A stretch of DNA of 32,000 nt, from positions 1,200,001 to 1,232,000 of the forward strand of contig NZ_CP089976.1 in assembly GCF_022701215.1 (NCBI RefSeq). The letters are read 5' to 3'. The DNA comes from Moraxella nasovis (GTDB lineage Bacteria; Pseudomonadota; Gammaproteobacteria; Pseudomonadales; Moraxellaceae). The translations under genes were made by a program, and so were the position numbers. The notes beneath the pieces were generated by a model. That model saw only the letters and a list, made by a program, of their open reading frames with translations, searched no databases and was not told where the DNA came from. Positions within the stretch are counted from its first letter, which is position 1, and the number at the start of each line of letters is the position of its first letter. This document shows positions 7,297 through 15,574 of the stretch, piece after piece.

Positions 7297-8709
7297 ATGA
7301 CATACCATAATTTTTCGCCATTATTTGCGCTATCGCTATTGGCGCTCTCCATGATGGCAAATGCTCAAAGTACACCTGTGAGCGACCCTGTATTATTCGA
7401 AGATAAGAAATTGCAAGTAAAAGATGACCTGCTACATGAGCCAACCGCTGTGGCTACGCCAACTTTGCCGATACCTAGTAGCGATGACATCGAAGCGAAG
7501 ATTACACGTGCGCTGATTGCTAAGGATTGGGTAGTTTTGGCAGATTTACTTGATGAGTATCAGAAGCAGTCGACGTTTGACCAGACTTTATATGATTATG
7601 CGCTTGGTGCGATGTATCGCAGTCAGGCACGCCATAAGGACGCCATTGAGCTGTATCAGCGAGTGGCGAGTGATGAGCGTTTGATTTATCCCGCCTTTGA
7701 TTTGGCAATCATGCTGTATGAAGATAAGCAGTACCACGCCGCTAAACGGCAGTTTTATAAAGTATATGATAAAATGCCACCGCAAATGCAGGCTGTTATT
7801 GTCCAGTATCTAAATGCTATCCGCCAGTTTGAGCGTGTCAAATACCGCTTTGGGCTGAACTACGAAGAAACGGATAATGTGAATAACGCCGCAAATGCAC
7901 GTGAGATTGAAATTCAAGGCGCTCGTTTCATTCGTGATGACTCATCGCTGCCACAGTCGGCGCATGGTGTGCGTTATGATGTGGGTGCATCTAAGGATTT
8001 GAATATCACAGGCAATCACTTCATTGTGGGTGATGTTGGTGTCGATGGCGTGGCGTATTGGGATAATCCTAGCTATGATGAGACCACCTTGGCGGTGCGA
8101 GCGGGCTACGCCAACAGGAATGTGAAGCGCTATTGGCAAATCGTACCTTTCGTGGAGCAAAATTGGCTGGAAAGCGATAAATACAGCCGTCATCAGGGGG
8201 TGTCTGCCAGTTATAGCACGAAGTTTTTGCCAGATTTGCAGGTGAGTGCGTCATTATCCCACACCCAAAAACGCTATGAAAATAAACAAACTGCAATGAG
8301 ACACGACGGTAGAATCAATGCAGCTGGCTTTACGCTGGCTAAACAGCTGGGCGAGCGTTATGTGGCTTATGCAGGATTTGATGTGTCGCAGGACAAAGTA
8401 TTGGATTTGGCGGAGTCATCAGAGCGTAAGGGCGTGCGCCTTGGGCTTGCTTATTATGGTGAATCGTTTGGCGCACGGGTGATGACACGCTACACCAAGA
8501 GAGATTTTTTGGCGGATAATTTTTGGTATGATGAGGTGCGCCACGATAGAGAATATCAGGTCAATGCTGCCGCTTGGTATCGACCATTTAGCTATAAAGG
8601 CATTACGCCTAGCCTAAACTACCGCTATCAAAAAATTGACAGCAATTTTGATTCCATGTACAGTCGTAGTTCGCAGGCGGTGTTTATTTCCTTTGAAAAA
8701 TTATTTTAG
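7297..8709 (+). CDS. Surface lipoprotein assembly modulator (Slam, DUF560 family; type XI secretion outer-membrane protein)
   Basis: AGGAG at 7286-7290, with ATGs at 7294 and 7297. The signal peptide is ..LFALSLLALSMMANA|QS. The N-terminal helical region is TPR-like (..YALGAMYRSQARHKDAIELYQRV..DLAIMLYEDKQYHAAKRQF..). The C-terminal ~290 aa have alternating beta-strand character and end in an aromatic residue (..AVFISFEKLF), as in DUF560 barrels. It lies directly downstream of a TbpB-like lipoprotein gene. Confidence 0.85.
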   Translation: MTYHNFSPLFALSLLALSMMANAQSTPVSDPVLFEDKKLQVKDDLLHEPTAVATPTLPIPSSDDIEAKITRALIAKDWVVLADLLDEYQKQSTFDQTLYDYALGAMYRSQARHKDAIELYQRVASDERLIYPAFDLAIMLYEDKQYHAAKRQFYKVYDKMPPQMQAVIVQYLNAIRQFERVKYRFGLNYEETDNVNNAANAREIEIQGARFIRDDSSLPQSAHGVRYDVGASKDLNITGNHFIVGDVGVDGVAYWDNPSYDETTLAVRAGYANRNVKRYWQIVPFVEQNWLESDKYSRHQGVSASYSTKFLPDLQVSASLSHTQKRYENKQTAMRHDGRINAAGFTLAKQLGERYVAYAGFDVSQDKVLDLAESSERKGVRLGLAYYGESFGARVMTRYTKRDFLADNFWYDEVRHDREYQVNAAAWYRPFSYKGITPSLNYRYQKIDSNFDSMYSRSSQAVFISFEKLF

Positions 8710-9383
8710 GAGCTGACAATTTTTTTTATCACCCGCCACATATCTTGATAGGGCGGGGCGATGAAAAATAGCCCAATCAGCACGGCATAGAGCAGGGCGT
8801 ATTGTAATGGTTTTTTGACTTCAAAGAATTTAAACGCCGTACCAGCAGATCGTTTGAGCCGAAGCCCCAACACATTGACGCTATAAATCTCGTCCAATGC
8901 CAAATGAATCATCGCACCGACCAACAAAAACACCCCAAACGCCCAACTGATAAAGGCGGTCAGGTGCAGTCCATAGAACGCCCCACACGTGATGATAAGC
9001 CCAAATACCGCCATATAAGGCACAGAATGCACCATGCCACGATGATGAGTGAGCCGACTGAATGTTTCTAATAGCACAAAGCGAATCAACACAAAACTTA
9101 GCCCCCACAAGATGAGCGAGTCCAAGACCAGTTCATCTTGGCGGTAGGTGTTGGCATAGAGTATCACGATGATGGTGGAAACGATGAGACTTGCCAAAAG
9201 AAAACCACGTTTGGCAGGGGCGGAGTGGTCTAGGTCAATATCAGGTAGCAGACCGCCAACTGTACCGATGATGGCACAAAGTATGGCGGTGGTCGCCCCA
9301 AATAGTTTGATGTACATACCAATGACAGCAAGGGTACTGCTCGTGGCAAGAGCGACAGTCAGGTGGGTACGAAAATTTGCCAT
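8706..9383 (-). CDS. Membrane-bound metal-dependent hydrolase, DUF457/YdjM family
   Basis: 225-aa polytopic ORF with N-terminal ..RTHLT.. and the LLPDIDLDHS motif typical of DUF457. Confidence 0.75.
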   Translation of the reverse strand: MANFRTHLTVALATSSTLAVIGMYIKLFGATTAILCAIIGTVGGLLPDIDLDHSAPAKRGFLLASLIVSTIIVILYANTYRQDELVLDSLILWGLSFVLIRFVLLETFSRLTHHRGMVHSVPYMAVFGLIITCGAFYGLHLTAFISWAFGVFLLVGAMIHLALDEIYSVNVLGLRLKRSAGTAFKFFEVKKPLQYALLYAVLIGLFFIAPPYQDMWRVIKKIVSS

Positions 9384-9435
9384 AGATGAACCAAAATCAT
9401 AAAAAAGTCGCTCATTTTAGCATAATTATGGTGCG

Positions 9436-9455
9436 GTTATCACAGCGTTATCACA
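9436..9455. repeat. Tandem direct repeat GTTATCACA-GC-GTTATCACA upstream of the DUF457 gene
   Basis: Read directly. It lies 53-72 nt upstream of the minus-strand ATG at 9383. Function is unknown. Confidence 0.5.
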
Positions 9456-9477
9456 TCATCAATATCTTACACTCACA

Positions 9478-9504
9478 ACAAACGCTTAAGTTTTGGGCGT
9501 TTGT
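9478..9504 (-). terminator. Weak terminator-like hairpin after the D2HGDH gene
   Basis: acaaacgc-N11-gcgtttgt stem. The downstream tract on the minus strand is only moderately T-rich. Confidence 0.3.
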
Positions 9505-9538
9505 TTGTCTTGTCTGTGTCTGTGGTGATTGCCCAATA

Positions 9539-10933
9539 TCAAACATTAATATCAAAAATCTTGCCCCGATTGATGATGCCATTGGGATCAAATACTGCCT
9601 TGATGGCTTTCATATAGTCAATCTCAGCCTGTGAGCGAGTATAATCCAAATACGGCTTTTTGGTCATGCCCACACCATGTTCTGCCGAGATAGAGCCTTG
9701 GTATTTTTGTACCGTTGCAAAGACGTATTGGTTCACCGTTTGGCATTTGCCAAAAAATTCGTCCTTATCCATGCCATCAGGTTTTAGGATATTTAAATGC
9801 AAATTGCCATCGCCGATATGCCCAAACCAACAAATCTCAAAGTCAGGATAATTGTCTTTGACGATGGTTTCAATATCATCAATAAAATCGCCCAAATGCG
9901 TGATGAGTACAGACACATCGTTCTTGTAGGGGGTGAATACCGAGATGGTCTCAGAGATACTTTCTCGTAATTTCCACAGTTCGGTGAGCTGTCCTACGCT
10001 TTGGCTCATCACGCCATCTATGATAAACCCATCTTCTAAGGCCTCTTCAAAGACGTTCATGGCGGTATCTAGCACCGCATCGCTTGGTGCTTCAAATTCA
10101 AGCAAAACATAAAACGGCGTGCGACTGTCAAACGGTGCTTTGGCGTGTCCTGCCAGCAGTACTTTGTCAATCGCCACGCTGTCAAAAAACTCAAAAGCGG
10201 TGAGCGTGAGCGATTTGCCAAATCTATCAAGCAGTTTCACCACCGACCCAAAATCAGGCACGCCCAAGACCATTGCTGTCAGATTGACAGGCGGTTTTTC
10301 AAGTTTAATCAACGCACGAGTGATAAAGCCAAGCGTGCCTTCTGAGCCGATGAACAGATGACGAAAATCATAACCTGTGGCGTTTTTGAGCATACCGCCG
10401 TTTAATTGTAGAATATCGCCTTTGCCTGTAACCACCGTCAAGCCTAGAATTTGATTTCTTGTCATGCCATAGCGAATGACTTTGATACCGCCTGCATTGG
10501 TGGCGATGTTACCGCCGATTTGGCTTGACCCACTAGACGCAAAATCCACCGCATAATACAAGCCTTGATTGTCGGCAAATTCTTGTAGTGCCTTGGTTAC
10601 CACCCCAGCTTCCACTTCCACCATGCGGTCAGCTTCATAAAATTTGCCAATGGCGTTCATCTTGTCAAAACTTATCACCACTTCGCCACAACTTGCCACT
10701 GCCCCTGCTGACAGACCAGTACGTCCGCCACTTGGCACAAGACAAACTTTGTGGATATTGGCAAGGCGGACAATATCAGCGACTTGCTCGGTCGTCTTTG
10801 GAAAAACAATGGCAGATGGGGCAGGGGCAAAATGCTTTGTCCAGTCCTTGCCCCAATTGTCTAGGCTGTCTTGGTCGGTCTTGATTTGGCTGGGGTCTAG
10901 GGGGAGTTCGGTTAGGAATTGGCTTAGGTTCAT
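9539..10933 (-). CDS. FAD-linked oxidase, D-2-hydroxyglutarate dehydrogenase type
   Basis: 464 aa. ..NWGKDWTKHFAPAPSAIVFPKTTEQV..LVPSGGRTGLSAGAVA..GGNIATNAGGIKVIRYGMTRN..SAEHGVGMTKKPYL..FDPNGIINRGKIF is nearly colinear with Pseudomonas D2HGDH as I recall it. Confidence 0.85.
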   Translation of the reverse strand: MNLSQFLTELPLDPSQIKTDQDSLDNWGKDWTKHFAPAPSAIVFPKTTEQVADIVRLANIHKVCLVPSGGRTGLSAGAVASCGEVVISFDKMNAIGKFYEADRMVEVEAGVVTKALQEFADNQGLYYAVDFASSGSSQIGGNIATNAGGIKVIRYGMTRNQILGLTVVTGKGDILQLNGGMLKNATGYDFRHLFIGSEGTLGFITRALIKLEKPPVNLTAMVLGVPDFGSVVKLLDRFGKSLTLTAFEFFDSVAIDKVLLAGHAKAPFDSRTPFYVLLEFEAPSDAVLDTAMNVFEEALEDGFIIDGVMSQSVGQLTELWKLRESISETISVFTPYKNDVSVLITHLGDFIDDIETIVKDNYPDFEICWFGHIGDGNLHLNILKPDGMDKDEFFGKCQTVNQYVFATVQKYQGSISAEHGVGMTKKPYLDYTRSQAEIDYMKAIKAVFDPNGIINRGKIFDINV

Positions 10934-11018
10934 GGTGACTCTCTGAAAAATTTATTAAAAAAATAGTTATTAAATTTACATATTCATAACAAAAAATTTT
11001 TGGCAAATGGTAATCACT

Positions 11019-12326
11019 TTATGCCACAATCTTTAAAATCTGACCGCCATGATACAAGGTCAGCCCAAGCTCCGTGCCAATCTCACGCACCTTTTTAAAG
11101 GCGATTTGGCTGTCGTTGATGTCATAAAACGGCAAGGGCAACACGTCAGGATTATCCGTCTTGATAAACTTAGCAAACGCCTTGCCCATCATCGTGCCTG
11201 TGGTAATCCCACGCCCATTATAAGCAGTGGCGGCAAGTATGCCATCAGCAGGGGCAAACACTCGCATGATGTGGTCGGTGGTAAAGCCAAAATAACCAAA
11301 CCACTGACATTGCCAGTCAAACCTAGGCAAATCAGGATAATAATGAGCCACCACACCGTCCGCCCACTTTTGATAAAAGCCATCAGGCTTAAACGCACGA
11401 CCGCCCACCGTGCCAAGTATCAGCCTGCCATCATTGTCTCTACGAATGCTAGACAATGCCATGCAAGTGTCCCACGAGCCTTGTTTGCCAGCGAGTATCT
11501 GATTGGCGATGGCGTTGTCTAGTGGTTCGCTTGCAATTTGATAAAACTGTACATGATAAAAGCTCTTTTGAATATCAAGCCACTCGCCATCAGAATAGGC
11601 GTTGGTGGCGAGAATGACTTTTTTGGCTTTGACGCTGGCTTTTGCATCAGAACCATCGCACGCCACTTGCCAGCTGTCGCCATCTTTGGTAAGGCTATGG
11701 GCTTTGGTGTTTTCAAAAATTTTCACGCCCAAAATGATTGCACTTTTGGCAAGCCCATCCACATAAGCAAAGGGGTTGATTGTCCCTGCTCGCTTGTCTA
11801 GCAGGGCTTTGTTAATCTTGGTTGTGCCGGTCATCTCATGACATTTGCTACCTGTTAAGACTTCTACGTCCACCCCGCGCCTTTTAAACTGTGCCACACG
11901 GTTGTCAATGTCCGTCTCCATATTGGCGTTATGTGCCATGTGAATGTTGCCTGTGCGGGTATCTTGGGCGTTGATGTGATATTTGTCAATCATCTCAAAA
12001 ACCAAACGTGGGGCATCGCCTAAGATTTTGGTAAGTTTCTCGCCTGCCATCTCACCCAAGACAGCATTTAACTCATCAGGGGGCGACCATGTGCCAGCAT
12101 TGACATAGCCGACATTGCGACCTGAACCGCCCTTACCGATATAGTCGCTTTCTAGTACGCAGACCGAATAGCCAAATTCCGCCAAATGAATGGCAGCCGA
12201 CAGCCCTGTATAGCCCCCGCCCACCACGCAGACATCAGCGGTAATGTCGTCTGTTAGGGGCGGATAATGGACAGTTTTGGGGGCGGTGTCGTGCCAAAGG
12301 CAGTGTTCTTTTATCTGTTTTGTCAT
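11019..12326 (-). CDS. FAD-dependent (DAO-family) amine oxidoreductase; candidate L-pipecolate oxidase/dehydrogenase (AmaA-like)
   Basis: 435 aa with the dinucleotide fold VCVVGGGYTGLSAAIHLAEFG and an SGRNVG motif. AAGGA is upstream. The substrate is inferred from cluster context only. Confidence 0.75.
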   Translation of the reverse strand: MTKQIKEHCLWHDTAPKTVHYPPLTDDITADVCVVGGGYTGLSAAIHLAEFGYSVCVLESDYIGKGGSGRNVGYVNAGTWSPPDELNAVLGEMAGEKLTKILGDAPRLVFEMIDKYHINAQDTRTGNIHMAHNANMETDIDNRVAQFKRRGVDVEVLTGSKCHEMTGTTKINKALLDKRAGTINPFAYVDGLAKSAIILGVKIFENTKAHSLTKDGDSWQVACDGSDAKASVKAKKVILATNAYSDGEWLDIQKSFYHVQFYQIASEPLDNAIANQILAGKQGSWDTCMALSSIRRDNDGRLILGTVGGRAFKPDGFYQKWADGVVAHYYPDLPRFDWQCQWFGYFGFTTDHIMRVFAPADGILAATAYNGRGITTGTMMGKAFAKFIKTDNPDVLPLPFYDINDSQIAFKKVREIGTELGLTLYHGGQILKIVA

Positions 12327-12354
12327 GGTTTTCCTTAACTTACTCTATAATGAA

Positions 12355-13857
12355 TTAGGTCATATTACCAATGGCATCACTATCGGCATCTTTGGCGATG
12401 TTGGCTGGTGGTTCTTTGGGGATAAATTTGTTTAAAATCAGCCAAACCAGCCCAATCACAGGCGACAGCCAACACGCTATGGCGTAGGGTGCATAAGCCA
12501 AAGTCGCCACACCCAACGTCGCCGCCACAAAGCCACCCCCCATGTTCCAAGGGATTAACGGCGACAAAAGCGTGCCACAGTCTTCGATGGAGCGTGTCAA
12601 GGCGGTGCGTTTGTAGCCCATTTGGGCGTATTTGTCCTTTAACAGGCGGGCAGGCATGACAAGTGTGGTATAGACATCGCCCACCACCACGCCAATGCCA
12701 ATGGTGCTGGTATAAGTCGTACCAACCAAGCCAAAACGGCTGCGAACAAATTGGTTAATCTTTTGTAAAATGGCGTTCAATGTCCCATAAAACTCTAATG
12801 CCCCCACAAAGCTTAACGCAAGCAGAGTCAAAGTTACAACCCACGTCATGCTCATTACGCCACCTTTGGAGAGCAATTTATCCACAATCTCAACGCCAGT
12901 TGTGCTTACTACACCATTTTGTAGGACATTAAACAAATCTTTAATATCCACGCCTTGTACCCCGACAGCAACAAGACACGCCACAATAACACCGCCTAAC
13001 ACTGTCGGCAAGGCAGGAAATCTCATCATGGCAGCCCCAATGACCACAACCCCTGGTAGTAGTGTGATCAGGCTAATATGATAATTATCAGACAGTGTGC
13101 GACGCATCAGTTCAATGTCATGAAAGTCGGCTGTTTGGGCTGAGTACTGTATGCCCACATAAGCATATACCAGTATTGATATGATCATTGCAGGCACAGT
13201 GGTAGGAAGCATACCTTTGATATGTTCCCACAAGTCCACACCTGCTGCGGCTGGGGTGAGATTGGTGGTGTCGGATAAAGGCGACATCTTATCCCCAAAA
13301 AACGACCCAGAAATCACCGCACCTGCCGTCCATGGCTCTGGTATGCCAAGCCCATGCCCAATCCCCATCAAGGCAAGCCCTACCGTGCCGACCGTTCCCC
13401 ACGATGTCCCTGTGGCAAGCGACAAAACTGCACACAAGACGCACGTTGCCGCCAAAAAGGTACTTGGACTAAAAATCGCAAAACCATAATACAAAATAGT
13501 AGCTACCGTCCCTGCCTTGATCCAAGCGGCAATGAGCATGCCAATGGTGATGAGTAGGACGATGGCAGGCAAACCTACCTTGACGACTTTATACATATGA
13601 TTTTCCATACCAAGCCATTTGCGTTTGCGAAAACGCACAAACAGCCCAGTAATCACAATGCCGCATACCAATGGAATGTGGGGGGTAAAATCCTTAAAAA
13701 CAAAAAACTGCACCATCAAAATGGCAGTCGTCAAGATAAGCGGAGCAATATCCAAGAGAAAATTGCCCGATGGCTCAATGGGATTGGTTTTAAATGACCG
13801 CTTGGGGTCAGGGTGATTGGGTTCAAAGGTGTTGGTGGTCTCGGTAGCATTGTTCAT
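12355..13857 (-). CDS. NhaC-family secondary transporter
   Basis: About 500-aa polytopic ORF. The ATG at 13857 is preceded by AAGGA at 6-nt spacing, and the ORF-track start at 13878 is a TTG. The family call rests on overall length and hydrophobic pattern and on motifs such as ..SGSFFGDKMSPLSDTTN.. Confidence 0.75.
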   Translation of the reverse strand: MNNATETTNTFEPNHPDPKRSFKTNPIEPSGNFLLDIAPLILTTAILMVQFFVFKDFTPHIPLVCGIVITGLFVRFRKRKWLGMENHMYKVVKVGLPAIVLLITIGMLIAAWIKAGTVATILYYGFAIFSPSTFLAATCVLCAVLSLATGTSWGTVGTVGLALMGIGHGLGIPEPWTAGAVISGSFFGDKMSPLSDTTNLTPAAAGVDLWEHIKGMLPTTVPAMIISILVYAYVGIQYSAQTADFHDIELMRRTLSDNYHISLITLLPGVVVIGAAMMRFPALPTVLGGVIVACLVAVGVQGVDIKDLFNVLQNGVVSTTGVEIVDKLLSKGGVMSMTWVVTLTLLALSFVGALEFYGTLNAILQKINQFVRSRFGLVGTTYTSTIGIGVVVGDVYTTLVMPARLLKDKYAQMGYKRTALTRSIEDCGTLLSPLIPWNMGGGFVAATLGVATLAYAPYAIACWLSPVIGLVWLILNKFIPKEPPANIAKDADSDAIGNMT

Positions 13858-13900
13858 AAAAAGTCCTTTTTTATGCAAAATATTGATTTATTTAATTAAA

Positions 13901-13933
13901 ATAAGGCAAAGCAAAGAAATCGCCTTGCCTTAT
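13901..13933 (-). terminator. Hairpin after the ALDH gene (possible partial terminator or RNA processing site)
   Basis: ataaggcaa-N15-ttgccttat. On the minus strand it is followed by tttaattaaat. Confidence 0.35.
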
Positions 13934-13938
13934 ACACA

Positions 13939-15441
13939 TCAATCAAACACAATACCTTGGGCAAGGGGTAGCTCTGATGAATAATTGATGGTGTTGGTTT
14001 GTCGTCTCATGTAGTTTTTCCAAGCATCTGAGCCTGACTCACGACCACCGCCAGTTTCTTTTTCTCCGCCAAATGCACCACCGATTTCTGCACCTGACGT
14101 ACCGATATTGACATTGGCGATGCCACAGTCACTGCCTTGGGAAGATAAGAAATATTCGGCTTCTTTGACACTGTCTGTAAAGATGCACGATGACAACCCT
14201 TGTGGCACATCATTTTGCATTTCAATGGCACTGTCAAAATCATCATAACCCATCACATAAAGAATTGGAGCAAAGGTCTCGGTTTTGACAGCGTCTGTTT
14301 GGCTGTCCATTTCTACAATTGCAGGTTTGACATAATAAGCATTTGGATAAACATCTGTCAGCACTCGCTCACCGCCTGTTATCACGCCGCCTTGGGCTTT
14401 GGCATTGGTCAGGGCGGACTGCATATTATCAAAACTTGCCTTGTCAATCAAAGGTCCTACCAAATTGCCATCTAAAGGGTTGCCGATACGCACGCTGTCA
14501 TAGGATTTCTTGATACGAGCGACAACTTCTGCTTTGATGCTGTTGTGAACGATGAGACGGCGTAAGGTTGTGCAACGCTGACCTGCTGTGCCGACCGCAG
14601 CAAAGAGTATGCCACGCAAAGCAAGATTGATGTCGCTACTTGGGGCAAGTATCATGGCGTTATTGCCACCTAGCTCTAATAAGCATTTACCAAACCGCTC
14701 AGCAACTTTGGGGGCAACTTCACGCCCCATGCGTGTACTACCTGTGGCACTCACTAGGGCAACATCATGGCTGCTCACCAGCACATCACCCACATCACGT
14801 TCACCAAGGAGTAGTTCAGACAGACCGTCAGGGGCATCGCCAAAACGTTGAGCTGCTTTTTCAAATAGTGCTTGGCAGGCAAGGGCGGTGAGCGGTGTTT
14901 TTTCAGAAGGTTTCCAAATCACAGGATTGCCACATATCCATGCAAGGGCAGCATTCCATGACCACACCGCCACAGGAAAATTAAAGGCACTGATGACGCC
15001 TACCACACCCAAAGGATGCCATGTTTCTTTCATGTGATGGCTTGGGCGTTCGGATGCAATGGTCAGTCCATACAGCTGACGAGACAGCCCCACGGCAAAG
15101 TCGCAAATATCAATCATCTCTTGGACTTCGCCCAGTCCTTCGGCACGGATTTTGCCAGCTTCAAGGCTCACAAGCTCGCCCAAATCTTCTTTATGCTCAC
15201 GCAAAACTTCGCCCAATATCCGCACCAATTCGCCACGCTTGGGTGCAGGGACGGCTCGCCATGCTTTAAAGGCGGATTTGGCACGTTCAATTTTCGCTTT
15301 TGCGTCATCTTTATTGTGCAGGCTCACCTTGCCAATCACGCTACCGTCAATGGGGCTAGTTACGGCATAGTCGCCTTGATAATCCTTTTGACTTACGCCC
15401 ATTTTGGCAAGTAGCTCGTGGGTTCTGGTTTGAAAGTTCAT
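13939..15441 (-). CDS. amaB: ALDH7-type aldehyde dehydrogenase; piperideine-6-carboxylate / 2-aminoadipate-semialdehyde dehydrogenase (AmaB-like)
   Basis: 500 aa. ..GEVQEMIDICDFAVGLSRQLYG..VISAFNFPVAVWSWNAALA..LELGGNNA..GTAGQRCT.. matches the antiquitin/AmaB subfamily signature as I recall it. AGGAG is upstream. Confidence 0.8.
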   Translation of the reverse strand: MNFQTRTHELLAKMGVSQKDYQGDYAVTSPIDGSVIGKVSLHNKDDAKAKIERAKSAFKAWRAVPAPKRGELVRILGEVLREHKEDLGELVSLEAGKIRAEGLGEVQEMIDICDFAVGLSRQLYGLTIASERPSHHMKETWHPLGVVGVISAFNFPVAVWSWNAALAWICGNPVIWKPSEKTPLTALACQALFEKAAQRFGDAPDGLSELLLGERDVGDVLVSSHDVALVSATGSTRMGREVAPKVAERFGKCLLELGGNNAMILAPSSDINLALRGILFAAVGTAGQRCTTLRRLIVHNSIKAEVVARIKKSYDSVRIGNPLDGNLVGPLIDKASFDNMQSALTNAKAQGGVITGGERVLTDVYPNAYYVKPAIVEMDSQTDAVKTETFAPILYVMGYDDFDSAIEMQNDVPQGLSSCIFTDSVKEAEYFLSSQGSDCGIANVNIGTSGAEIGGAFGGEKETGGGRESGSDAWKNYMRRQTNTINYSSELPLAQGIVFD

Positions 15442-15517
15442 TGAATTACTCCTGTAAATTAGATTGGATTGATAGTTGTAAATTTACCAATATGACAACT
15501 TTACCGATTATCCTGTC

Positions 15518-15563
15518 AAATTGCAAAAGAATGAAATTGATGATGGCATTCCATTTGGGAATG
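15518..15563 (-). promoter_or_regulatory. 46-nt conserved operator (copy A) with LysR-type T-N11-A dyad CATTC-N7-GAATG, upstream of the ALDH gene
   Basis: aaattgcaaaagaatgaaattgatgatggcattccatttgggaatg is 42/46 identical to copy B. It lies 77-122 nt upstream of the ATG at 15441. Confidence 0.55.
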
Positions 15564-15574
15564 TTCTTTGCCCA

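Noticed and set aside
7136-7444. 102-aa minus-strand ORF spanning the lipoprotein/Slam junction
   Set aside because: It overlaps the ends of two well-supported plus-strand genes and the terminator hairpin, and it has no RBS or motif.
9386-9634. 82-aa plus-strand ORF across the DUF457-D2HGDH intergenic region
   Set aside because: It overlaps the 3' end of the D2HGDH gene in antisense. It has Cys/Val-rich low-complexity sequence derived from the tgtctg repeats, and no RBS.
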